Of a DNA stretch of 64,000 nucleotides, positions 24,001 to 36,700 are shown piece after piece. Below the pieces are notes generated by a model. That model ran no database searches. It was given only the letters and a program-made list of their open reading frames with translations, and was not told the origin of the DNA. Source of the stretch: Stylophora pistillata. Taxonomy: Eukaryota. Made by a program: the position numbers and the translations under genes. The first letter of the stretch is position 1, and each line of letters begins with the position of its first letter. The stretch is taken from assembly GCF_002571385.2 (NCBI RefSeq), contig NW_019217818.1, forward strand, positions 277,594-341,593, written 5' to 3'.

Positions 24001-27000
24001 ATAAAAGGATATGGAACGCGGAACATCTTCAATGCAAAACAAGTCACAGACTTCATTTCAATAAGTGCCTAGCAAAATCGAAAGTCTTGCCTCAGCTTCC
24101 TTCAGCTGTTTTTTGATTCCACCCAGATTTGAGGAAATAGGCTCGAACTGCTGAACTGCGGCTGATACTTTGGGTAGCCAGGCTTCAAATTCGAAAATAG
24201 CAGTCTGGAAATCTTCAGCATTCTCAATCACCTACAAGTTAAGTAGAAGGATGATAAATTCATCGTCAGCTAAAAGCTATTAGGAAAATAACAGGGCAGG
24301 GTATTTCTTTTCACAACTGATTTCCGAAACCATTCGTTTTTGTTTTTGTTTTTGTTTTTTTTTACCAAGAGTCTTATTTCTAGGTGTTATCTAACTAATA
24401 ATACAATAGTGATTACGAAGGATTTCTTTATTGCCATAGCTAGTGACTAGCCATGAGCTCTAGGCACTTTACACTACTTTGCGGGAAACTTTGCAGATAT
24501 CCGTTAACAAGGCCAGACCACAACGACGGGAGCAACGTTTCCTTCTCTTTCCAAAAAGTGCGTGGGTTCTTTAACGTTCCCTGCTAACCAGTACAGAGAA
24601 GATGCAAGGGACGGGGCATACAGTTTTTTGTCCTCAACCGAGAAGACTAAAATGTCTAAATACTTGCAGATGTCGAAGCAAACTAAACAAAGCTTAAAAA
24701 CCCTTTCACCTGTTCAAGTTTAAGTTCCTCTGCTTCCAGTTTGTCATACAGGTCTTTGTAGGAAGCATTCAAAGCAGCGAGCTGATCCTGTACGGGAGAA
24801 GAGTTCACCAGTTGATGATCCACATTGCGAAGGAGCTTCTCACCAGCCTCATTGAGAGACTCAACATCATCTTTACCATTCTCGAACACTGATAGTAAGG
24901 TCTAAACGAAATCAAAATCAATCAAAAAAGACGCGTTAATAACGTTGACAAACAAGACTACAGATTAAAATCGCGGAGATATCGAATTCCGACTCACCTT
25001 TACTGTGTCTCTTTTGGCCTTCACTTTGTTTACATCTGCTCCTAATGCACTCTGGGAAGCCAAGGCTGCTTCAGCGCGGTTCAACATGAGTTTGACTTTG
25101 TCAGCGGCGTCTTCGTATTGTTTCAGTTGCTGTTGGACATTGTCAATCTCATTCTTCGTGGCCTCCACGACATCTGTCATGACTTGCCAGCGATTGGCTA
25201 CTTCTTTATTGAGCATTTTAACAGGTTCCAATCCTTCTGTGATGTTAGCTGCATCACAAGCGTTGTTGAGGGCCGTTGCCGCTGACATGAAAAACTCGAA
25301 CACTGGCGCGTGGTTACTAACGTCCTCTTGAAGGGCCTGGAAACCATATGAAAGATCCAACACAAGTCAGTGATAAAAAAAACTACATCGGTGATTTTAT
25401 CGATTTCTTTCCAAAAAACAGACATTATAAGAGAATTCTAGGTGAGAAGGAGAATGAAAGAAACACAGGAGAAGATTTAGCTTCAGATCTTGGGCCAGAA
25501 AGTACTACAAAAATGTTTTTGTTGTTATTGCTGTTTTTACTCAAATCAATCGGAAAAAGTCTCATGGAAAAAAACCCAAGCCATACTCACGGAAATCAAA
25601 GTTCTCACCCTTAAATTATTGCGTTGGGAATTCAAGCTCTCGAAATTGCAGAGAACTGGAGTGAGGTTGATGACTTTCTGTTCCGTCTCTCTGAGCCAAA
25701 TGTTCAACGCGCGGTAAGCGTCTTCGTAGTTATGGGCCAATGGGAACACTCTCTCAATGACGACGTGTCGGTTGTCGCTTCTGACTCGCACACCCTCCCA
25801 CAGGGTACGAGTGGCTACCACACGGGTTTCAAACTGCTGCTTATCCGGGGCTTCCTCGGCTTTGCCAAGAAGACTCTCTGCTGCTGGGAAGAGGTAGTCG
25901 GAGATAGGGCGAAGGCGGCCTACTTCTCGAACGACGATCTGGAAAAACAAGACATAAAATGGGTCCCTCAGTTGTGCTCTGAGGCAGGGCACTTAACTCT
26001 AATACCTTCCCCCATCAAGGAGAATACATGGGTACCAGGGAACTGCGAGAAAACTCAACGACGGACTAGTATTCCAGCATTCCACGCCACTCTCTACGAT
26101 CTGGATACTGGGATAAGCCAGGGCGGTAAAGGACCGTAAGGCTCGTTAGACATCACTCGCATTTAGTTCGCCAGTGAGAATAGACATTCCATCACGCAAT
26201 AACTAACCTCATGAGATGTTCTCTGTTCTTTAATGACGATAAACTCTGCTGATACAGGTTTAGCTCGGGTCAGGGACTTGTCCAGCTTTACAACCCTTCT
26301 ATCAAAGTCATCAAAGGTGTCATACACTTGCTGTTTCTCTGTCAGCGCCGTTTCGAGTCTTCGGCGGCGATCCGTCAGTTTCACCGTCACTTCGTTAATG
26401 GTCGATTTCGCTCGGTTGATGCTCGAGTGAACTTCGCTTATGACTTCGGGTTCGCCGCCGTTTTCTCTGATGATCCACTCGCCAGTCTCTTCCATGGTGT
26501 CAATTTTTCTCCGATGAATGACAACCTCCTCTTCGAGATTCTAGCAAAACAGAACAGAAAATACTTAACTTTTCAAAAGATGGCTAAATTTCGTCTACGC
26601 CTTTTTCTATCTCATTGCCTTTGCATTTCGCGTTTGTCCAAGTTTCGCTTCTTCCATGCGTTACAAAGAAACTAGCAGTTCTGGCAAGGCTCACAAAAAG
26701 GAACTTAATCCACGTGGTGTTTATAAATGAAATAATTAACAGAAAGCGTCCGCAAAATGTAGGCGAAGAAAGACCCAAAAAAGTTTATCGCCGTCGCAAC
26801 TAAAATCACTGCTGAATACAGGTCTGTGAAAGGTTATGTAGATAGACAGTTTAATTGAAAAACATTGCAACCGAAGGTTGAATTACGTATTCATTTACAA
26901 ATTTAAGTATATATATATATAAATGTTGACATACTTTTAAAATATTAAAAATTAGGTTACATAAATAGAGTCAGCTTATACAAAGCGTGCGTAAATGATG

Positions 27001-30000
27001 AAAGATAAAACTATCATGGCACCTGTTCGTACGAACCACAGGTAAATTAAAAGCCCGCTTTTTCCTTAAGTCCACCCTAGATACATTCCTGGGCGGCAGG
27101 AGCTTATGCAGCTTGTGATTTGGTGCAAGAAGGTTAGAAAAGAGCTTGTTGGCAATATTCTCGCGCCGCTCATGCAGCAAGATAAGCCCAGTGCACGATA
27201 ACGATAGCGCCTGTCATATTCTTTATCAGGGAAAATTACACGTAATGCGCACTTCTGGCATCTTTCTAAATCAACTGATAAATATTGAGGTAGGCTGCTA
27301 TGAAAGAGCGCGCATGCGTATTCCATAACAGATCTAATACATGTAAGATAGAATAAAACGAGCTCCTTAGACTTAACCTGGGCGCGCTTTAATTGGCGTA
27401 AGAAGTAAAGGCGCTTGTTGACTTTCTTTACTATCTCATCTACATGTGCGTTCCATTTGAGATCGAAGGAGAAGGTGACAGCTAACATCTTAGCTTTATG
27501 AACGTACTCTAACTCCTCACTATTGACTATTATATAGTGAACACACGAGCAATTTAGAAATTTCATACTAAATCAACCTTTCGGAAAAGGGCAAAAGCGC
27601 GTGATTCAGTCAACAGACAACATCGGTGGGCAATCTTTGAGAATAGAGGCAAGTAATTCTTTAATGTACCTGTACGTGTTGCAACTGGTCCCGGATGTTC
27701 TCCAAGTCTGTCACAACGACCTCAACTGACACAAAACTCATGATACCCATCACCTTCATTTCAATCTCATTCCCAGCTCCCTGGAAAACTTCCACGGTCC
27801 GGATGTACTTCTCCAGTTTGACTTTTCTCTCTTTCAAGCGAATCTATCGAGAAAAACGTTGTGAGTTACACAGCACTGGTATACTATTGAATTTATTACC
27901 ATGCTTCAACCTGCCCACAAACATTCACGGGTGGATTTTTAACTCTTTAATCAAAGAATGACTGGCTTCTAATTTCTCCTTACAATATAACTCATGAATC
28001 AAAAGTAGAGGTCACGAGAATAAAGGAAATGATCATCAACTAAAGAAGTTCTTGATTGCTATGCAAATTCTCTTGGTCAGCACCTTCGAAAATGTATAGA
28101 GAACAGTATGGAGAATGTGCATCCTGAAGTTAGGGTATCAAAAGTAAAAAGGGAAGATAAACTATGCCGGAGTAGCTGTCCGTCTAACTCACCTGCATGA
28201 CTCTATTGTCTTTGATGATCGTGATGATGTACTCGTTGTTGGTAACTTGCTTGGACAATCTCAGTAACTTTATTTCTGTCTTTTCCAATACGTCGATGCA
28301 TTTCTGTTGCCAAAGACCCACACACATCGTTAAGCTTCAAATAATTGTCTACAAAGCGAAAAATTCCTCGCAAACACGGCGACTGTTTTGTACTTACATT
28401 AACTTTGATGAGTTCTTCCTTGGCTTGTCCGATGTTAAAACCGACTTTAGGCTCGGTTCCTAGAATACCCTCTGCTTCCGCCATAACTTGTTGCATTGGT
28501 TGCAATGCTTCTTGCACCTGAAAAGCCGAGACAACATTAGTTATTTCAAAGCAAAAAAAAGTTAAGTATAGGCCTTTTAAAAGAGGAAGTTTATTTGGCA
28601 AATGTTAAAATACAGTTTACGTTTTATAGTTTACATGTTTGTTTAATTGTTAGACTGTCTGCTCACTCCCTGAGTAACAGACTACCTGAAAGACCAACTA
28701 AGTGTCTGTCGGAATGAATGACTGAAAGGCTGATTGACTGACATCAAAAAGTAGTTTGGCAAAGATATGTATTAATGCTAGTGGACGTGGTAATCTCTTG
28801 CAAGAGTAAAAGTATATATATTTTTTTGCATAAGCTGTTACGAACCAGCGCAAGGGTTTTGTTGGAATTTCTCAGTTCTTTTTCTCCACCGAGCAATTTC
28901 GTATTCAACGCTTCCCATCGTCTCTTAACTTCCTCCACTTCACCGATCACCATGACAACGTCGTTATTGATTAAGAGCTCGTGACACACGCCAATCAAAG
29001 CCTCAGACATGGTCAAAAGGTTATGATACACTGGTCTGTGGTTTTCCATGTCCTCACGCAAAGCCTGTCGAACGAGAATGACGTATTTTTTAATCTTTAA
29101 TTTTCGTGTCATAAATACACTGACGAATAGGATCAGATAAGTTATACCGGCAAAATTTTGGGCATAATGCTGAAGTCAAAAAATTGAGCCTAATGCCGGC
29201 ATAATGACTAAACTTCTAAAAATTTCATTTCAATAAGAGATAAATTCTGTAGCCTGAGTGATGTCAATAGAGAGCCAGCTTATTCTTCTGACTCTTTAGG
29301 AATTTGATCTAGTAAATTATTGAGTTTTGAACTTCGGTAAGCCATTTTTACTTCACAAGTTTTACCTGTTGACGGTAGGACTGTGGGTGGGACGGGCAGG
29401 GAGGCTTCGTGGCCTCGCTATCGCCATAGTGCCATGTTTTCCAGCGAGACGCTTAATAGTCTTATGCTCAAATTTTCGAGCATAATTTATCTGATCCGAC
29501 TAACGAAACTTACTTGACCTGATGCCTAAACCCTGCGCTAAAATAAAAACAACATACAAAGGTAAAAAAAAAAAAAGAGCAAATCACCTTGAGTTGTTCT
29601 TGTTTCTGTGACATGATTGTGAGGTCGCCCATATCACCGAATCCCAAAGCCAGTTCGTCGAATTTCTTCTCGCTCTCACTTAACCACGTGATCACCTCCT
29701 TTCGCACTTCCACGTAGCCAAATACGCTCGGTACCAGTTTACCAAGACTCCTATTCCGCTCGTCAATGCCTGCTCTTAAGCTTTTCCAGCGGTTGTTCAC
29801 ATCCATAAGTCTCAACTCTATGTTACTTCTGTCGGGTATGGAGTCTCCTCGTGCTAGCATGTCTACACCTCCTTGCCTGAGTTCTTCGTACAGCGGAGCG
29901 TGGAGTTCGATGTCTTCTTTGATGACCTTAAAAATTCACAGCATTACAGTTTGCTATCAATTCCGAGGTCAAGATATGGTCCAGTAAGGTTAAAAAACTG

Positions 30001-33000
30001 GGACACACTGAGCGTGGCGGCAACTTGCTTTGCATTACATGGAAAATATTTTCTATGAGAGTATATTGTCCCTGCAACTACTTGTACAAATTCTACCTGG
30101 TTTGAGTTTATGCGAAGATTGCGGAGACTACTTTTGATAACAAGACCTGCAGAGCACCTTCTCGCGTCGCGCATTTCGGCTAAGGATGTCCTACTACTTA
30201 AAGATTTATTTCAAAGACTAAATCATGATCCAAACCGATTATGCCATTTACAGTAGCAGAGAAATGAAGAACTGAACTGCTTTCACTTCATGGTAAGACA
30301 TTCTAGTTACATTCACAAATCAAATAGCTTGAGTCACCTTCATAAAAAAGCATAACAATCTGTAATGAAAGCCACCTCACAACTTTTTAGGCCTTCGTTC
30401 TTATCACCATGGCGAAGCTAACAAACTCAAAAAGACTAAACAACTTCAAACACAACTCAGTCATCCGCCTAGGGAAAAGGAAACGTTTTCAAGGTTTGTC
30501 GTTAAAATATAGAGGCTTGTAGACACTGACTGAGCATCAAGTTACCTTCAGTCCAGAACCTTGCTTCTTGATTACACTTGGCTTGATTGACAGCATGCCA
30601 AGGGCCTGGAATCGACTCTCGGTGTCATACAACCATCTTTCAAAGTCGTCCAGCCCCTCGCTGAATCCTTGACAACGGTAGAGTGCAGTTTGTACCTGCG
30701 CGATTCGATCTTTGATTCTGTCCTCAATGCTGCAGTACAGATCTGTAACGTTTTGAACTTTGGACTTGGTTGCATCAACGAACTTTTCGTTTTCTTTGTT
30801 GTCCTTCATCAGTGCCAGTCCATCCGACTGTAACGAGGCTAATTTGGGGCGTCGTTGAGCTAAAGCGACCTTGGAGGCCTGGAAAAGAAAACATTGAGAA
30901 ACAGTTAAGATTGTCAAAGGTACAGACAGCAAACGAACAAAAAGAAATTCAGGCCACACCCAAAATCTCATTAGTAATTCTCCTTACTGTCCGCCATAAA
31001 ATTCTTACGATGTTAGTTCGGAGAGCTTGGTATCTGGTCCACTAATAAGTCCCTCAGTGTTTTTTTTTGCTTTATTCTCAATCATCTGTCTGCTTGATGG
31101 TCTTAATATTGTACTGAGAAATTCTGTCTTGGTCACTAATGGGAGTTAAAGGGTTAAGAAAGGGCAACCGTGGAGAGAAACAGTATCAAGTTCTTTTTCT
31201 ACTTTTCAGGGCCTTAACATTTGGGTTTTATTTTTATAATGATACTTAGGATAGCTTCTAATGCTTACGAAAGACTAAAATCGTACGCTGAGTGCAAGCA
31301 ACTCTAAAGTGGTGTGTAAAGTTGAGAAATTCATTACCTCTATAGGATTAAATGATCAGTTTCCAATAATAATTATTCTCACCTGAAGCTCAGCCAACTG
31401 TCGCTTTAGCACTTCACTGTCACTTCCGACTGATTCCTCTAAGATGGCAGTGTCCACGCCAGTTAAGTCCATTTCAAACCCCTGCAGCGCAGTCATGAAC
31501 TGATCCGAGGAGTTGACTTGCGCTTCAATCAGCTTCTCGCGGTTAAGAAGCTCCAATCGAATCCGTTCGTACCGTTCACTGGTTGTTTGCTGATCGTGAC
31601 GCGCTTCGCTTGACATTCCGTGGTACTTTTCTAGCTTCTCAACCAACTCGGCACCGACCTCGTTCATTCGCTTGACGTCACGTTCGCGTCTTTCGACAGC
31701 TTTCAGGACACCCTGAAGAAATCAGAGGAGTTACCGATTAAACGAACGCAAGGCCAAATTGTTCGAGATATGAATTAAGGTCAACTGCCTCGGTAAATAA
31801 AGCTTATCTGAGGGATTTCGCTCGCAGTGAACCCATCATTGGCGAAAAATCGGGTTTCAGCGAAATCGCGTTTCAGCGAAATCGCGTTTCAGCAAAATCG
31901 GGTCTCAGCCCGAGTACTAAGAGTATCATCTTGCATACCTTGATGTTGTGTAAGTCTTGTTTTGCTGTCTCAATGTCAGGCGACACACCCAGATATGATC
32001 CCAACTCGGCTTCAGCAAGTGTCACCACATCCTTCACGTTCTGAGAATTGTCGTGGTATTTTTGAGCCAGCGGTAACACGTCAGCAATTTGCGCATGTCG
32101 TTTGTTGGTTGTTTTCTTAAGCGCTTCCCATCTCTTCTTCACATCTTCCATCTTGGTGCTGATCTCATCTTGTTTTGGGCCTGGGCCTGACTTCTGCATG
32201 AATTCAGTGGCCTTTCGTACGAGGCTGTTGTAGCTCGGTTCGTGCATCAGGACGTCGCGTCTGTCGGCCTGGACAAAAAGAAAAAATAACATCGCTAAGT
32301 TAAATGTTAAAAATTAATGCAGCCCATCGTCAGAGGTTATCCGAATTTTGTTACCATGAAGAAACTAGTCGTACGGTTTCTAACTCATCGATGGGATTCC
32401 TTTCCATCACCTACTCTCCCGCCCCCAGGTTACTAAACACTCATCGGGTTCCCCTGATAGCTCCTTGGAACGCAGTTAGATTTTTGATTGGAGAGTGGAC
32501 ATCCTAAAACTAAGAAAAACACCCCACAAAGACCACTGCAATGAATTGAATCTGATATACACCCTCCAGATTCTCGACAGCTACTGATTGCGCCAAAACG
32601 TCAGCCACTGACGAAGTAAACTAAGCATGGAGCGAGATTTACACACTAGAAGTTTTAATTTAAGGTGTTGACATGGTCTTCTCCTTCAAGAAAATCCCTA
32701 CTAGTGCGTCCACATGTACTTTTAACTTACAAACCCTTTACTACTAAAACTTACCGTGATCGCTATCTCGTCGTCTTTGAGTGTGACCAAATCAGGTTTC
32801 AAAGGCTCATATTTTGAGGCCACCTCCTCTGCACGCGAAAGCCAAGAAATAAAATGATTCAGGGCTTCCTCTACAGGTGCATGGTCGACTGGGAGAGCGA
32901 ACAGTCTCTGCTCCTGCAATCCAAAACATATCGGTGACAGTTTGAGAAAATATATCCAGACCGGATGTCTAACCTTCACAGAGGACAGGCTGGCAAAGAA

Positions 33001-33534
33001 CGTGAATTCCGGACCTTCGACGCAGAGTTCCGATTTTCTTTTTGAAGGACTCGCAAACAACCCAAACATCAATGCAAACTTGTACCATGATATAAATTTT
33101 AATCATGAAGGCGAAGTGTGGCTGTGACGATTTCTACCTGTACATGCGACCGATTGGATAACAAGATCAGCGTCCTTGACAATCGGCTATCCCGCCATGC
33201 CTTGAAGGGTGAGAAAGAAGGAGGGGGTGTGTAATGACACTTCCCTCCACCCATCGACTTACAATAATCGAGCTATACTATTGCTATTTACCTGCTGACG
33301 TGACAGGGAAGTCAAATAAAGTCTTTGTTCGCGGATTGTTATCTCCAAGACGTGGAAATTCTCCTTGATCATGTCTAGCTTTTCTTGGACATCTCGTGGG
33401 ATTGCTTCACTCTCGGGTTCTCCATTTGGTAACCTTTCGCGAATAAGAAAAATAATGTTAAGAAAACGGGGATGGAAAACAGTTAAAACTAAAAACAATC
33501 TTTACATCTGATTATTAACAATTATTCCACGAGC

Positions 33535-33573
<39 letters not shown>

Positions 33574-33658
33574 TACGCGCCTCGTTGGCTATAATCATCT
33601 CATATCCAACAAACGCGAGTGGAATAATTGTTTTATTAAAAAAACGCCCCCAAACTAT

Positions 33659-33691
<33 letters not shown>

Positions 33692-33719
33692 GAAACCGGA
33701 TTTAACAATGTACAGAAAT

Positions 33720-33756
<37 letters not shown>

Positions 33757-33757
33757 G

Positions 33758-33793
<36 letters not shown>

Positions 33794-36700
33794 CCCAGTT
33801 TTTAATAATAGGAATTAGACAACAGAATTCTTCACGCGACAGAGTTGTGGTGAATGTGTAGAGAATGTTTTCAATGTCCCCGAGCAGTTCCGTCAGTTAC
33901 GATGTCACAAATAGATGGTTTACATTAGGAAGGTATCTTGTTAAAAAAGTCAATGCACCAGGTGGAGGGTTCACAGGTTACTAACAAAAAGTAGGTGGAC
34001 TTCCTGTGACTTCAAATTAAGGCAAGTTATGTTCGGTTTTACTTACACGGCGCTTGACCTCTGCGCGTTTCTAATGAGCCAATCACCGGTCAGAGTTGCC
34101 GTCGTAAGCAGTGGCTTGTGTTTACTGATCTCTTCGTGAATAGCCTGCATAGGAAAAGGAAGCAGCGTTAAATAAGATTACAAGACAATATTTACTAGCA
34201 GCAAGTGTTTTCACAGACATGCCATCCCCTGCTTTACCTTCAGGAACGTTTGGACAGTTTTTTAGTCTCCGAGTGATTTGGCGGTTATCAGCGGCTTTAA
34301 AATACTCTCTGGGTTGGTTTAAGTACAAAGTATGTCAATAGCCAATTTCCGAATTACCCTTGGCCTCTTTTTCAAAACGAGGCCTGGTGCTTAACCATTC
34401 TTGTGAAAATTAGTTTAATTTGGATGTGAATGAAAACTTATTATCATATGAAAGGATGAGCACCAGGACTCGTTTTGAAAATGAGGCCAAGGGTAATTCG
34501 GAAATGGGCCATTTATGTCTTTAACCCTTCAAATCCCAAGATCTGATTTTTTAATTCTCTCCTCTAGCTGCTACATATTTCCATGTAAATTAGTTACGAG
34601 AATTTGTCGTTAAAACGAGGTAACAACTTCAACCTGATAAGTTTGAGTATTCTCATTACCTGTTTGCTGGGTAACGTGTGGATATGATGGAGAGAAGTTA
34701 CAAGTTAATCACTTCTAGGAGTTTACGGGTTAAAGCTAATTCAGTGTAACAGAAAAAAGTGCAACAAAAAAAAAAATTTCTTTGTCACTTTTCTTACAAC
34801 TGGAGGCGTCATCGGGCGATCAAGAATGACCAAATGTCAAAGGATACTTGAGAATGTCTTTACTTTAAACACAGCATCGTAAAATCATGCGCCATTTTAT
34901 GTAAATTACAACTGAAATACTCTAATTCTAAAGTTAAATGTAAAATATTTTTCTTTCAATTAACATGGATAAAGAGAAATTAAGAAACTAAAATTGTTTA
35001 CCTCCAGCTCTTCAATTCGTTTCTGGACGGCCTGGCCATCCGTGGTGTCTATGTCAACTGCTAACAGTTCCTCATTTTTCCCGTCGAGCCTTGCAAGAAG
35101 TCTTTTCACCGCCAACTGAAATTCATTGGCTTTGCGCATGTGCTCGTCGTAATGTTCTTCAAACCGGGTCATTTTACCCTTTAATGCATCTACTCTACTT
35201 GACAGCGCATCCATTTGACTTTGCACCGCTGCCATGTCTGTGGAAGGATCTTGCAGACTCAGGAGAGCTTCACCAGTAACGTGAGCTCTTTCCGCCTCGC
35301 TGTTTAGTTCCGATTGTAAGTTCTAGAAGGAAAGACGTAGAAACACTTAAAAAATGATTGCTTCACATTAAAATTCCTCTTACTATTGCTGTGGTCAAGC
35401 TCTTTAAAGTCCAATATTTTTAATTCTTGCCCTTTGTTCTGTAGAGACGAACAAAGATTCAAGGCCTGAAAAAATTATATAAAAAAAGGAAAAAGTTTTT
35501 ACAAAGAGTTATTACATATTTTAATATGAAACATCAAAAGACAAATATTGAATCTGCGGGGTTAAGTTTACTTTCGAAAGTGTTAAGATATGTTTGATGT
35601 CGAAAAATTTGTGCAACAAAGTTGTTTTTATTTAACAGCGGGTACCTGCCTAAAACGGGCGAAACAAACTGTTCTTTTAGCTCGAAATCGTAAAATTAAT
35701 CGTTCCTTTGAGCGAACAATTCCATAAAAACTATTTACTTTACTGCTCATATAGAACAACATAAATTAAGTGCCTGTCATTTGCATTTCATTTGTTTATC
35801 TTTATCGTCCCAATCCGTGTAATGTTTGATGACGATCAAGAGCGATTGCCATTTGAAAAATGATAATCACATTCACTCGAATTTTAATTTTGAAATTCCA
35901 GTCAACGTATTTCCAAGTCAAATCACCACAGCAGGGAAAGCCATGTATAAAACCTTGCCAATTTTGTCGTCAATATTTCAAGGCCTTCAAACTGCATCAG
36001 TACTAAATTTAGAAAATTCCTCGAAAGGAAAAGCATGGCGCTATCAAGACTTGATTAACATCTCGGCCGGTTCCCTACCTCTGGTTGAAGATGATTCTTC
36101 GCCTTACTATAAAATTTATTTTTCCCAGTCTGCAACTCGCCATTGCAATAAAAATATCCGGACGAAATACGATTTGCACGCGGTAAAGATTGGCCAGACG
36201 ATCTTCTCACACGGACATTCAGAGGTTTGTTCAAACAGCCCTGCCAAATAGTTACAGCGCGAAAATATTCTTCTTGTGCACTTCCAGACACATCGTCAGC
36301 TTGTAAATCGAACGCACGAGATTTGCCGTCCACAGATTTTTCCAAGAAACATCCGCAAGTTGATCGGCTTTTTGAATCGCTTATCATAACTCTCGCAGCG
36401 GGATTTACGGTGCTTTTAGTTGTGGGCCCCGTAAATCTGATATACGTTCCCCCATTCATCTGAGCGTGGACTGAATTCTCCTCTTTTCTGTCGCACGAGA
36501 ACTCTCCGAGCGATCGTCTCGTACGGAGTTTTAATCGCAAACTGCCTATGTCGGCGGCTTCATCAAATTTCACGTTATTACAATGCCCAAGGCGATTCGT
36601 CTTAATTTTGCAACTTCGACAACCACATTCTGGAAGATTACTCCGACTTTCCTCTTTGTACATTTTAGAACGCCAATAATTGTTGTTGTAAGTTTAGATC

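Noticed and set aside
28203-28601. 132-aa ORF ending in HHHDHQRQ as a single exon
   Set aside because: It spans a real 120-nt exon, a 94-nt intron and the next exon read in the wrong frame.
34047-34144. CCAAT and forkhead-like motifs suggesting an internal promoter feeding the out-of-phase exon at 33292-33433
   Set aside because: The segment is a normal 98-nt coding exon (helix B) ending in phase 2, which fully explains the frame.
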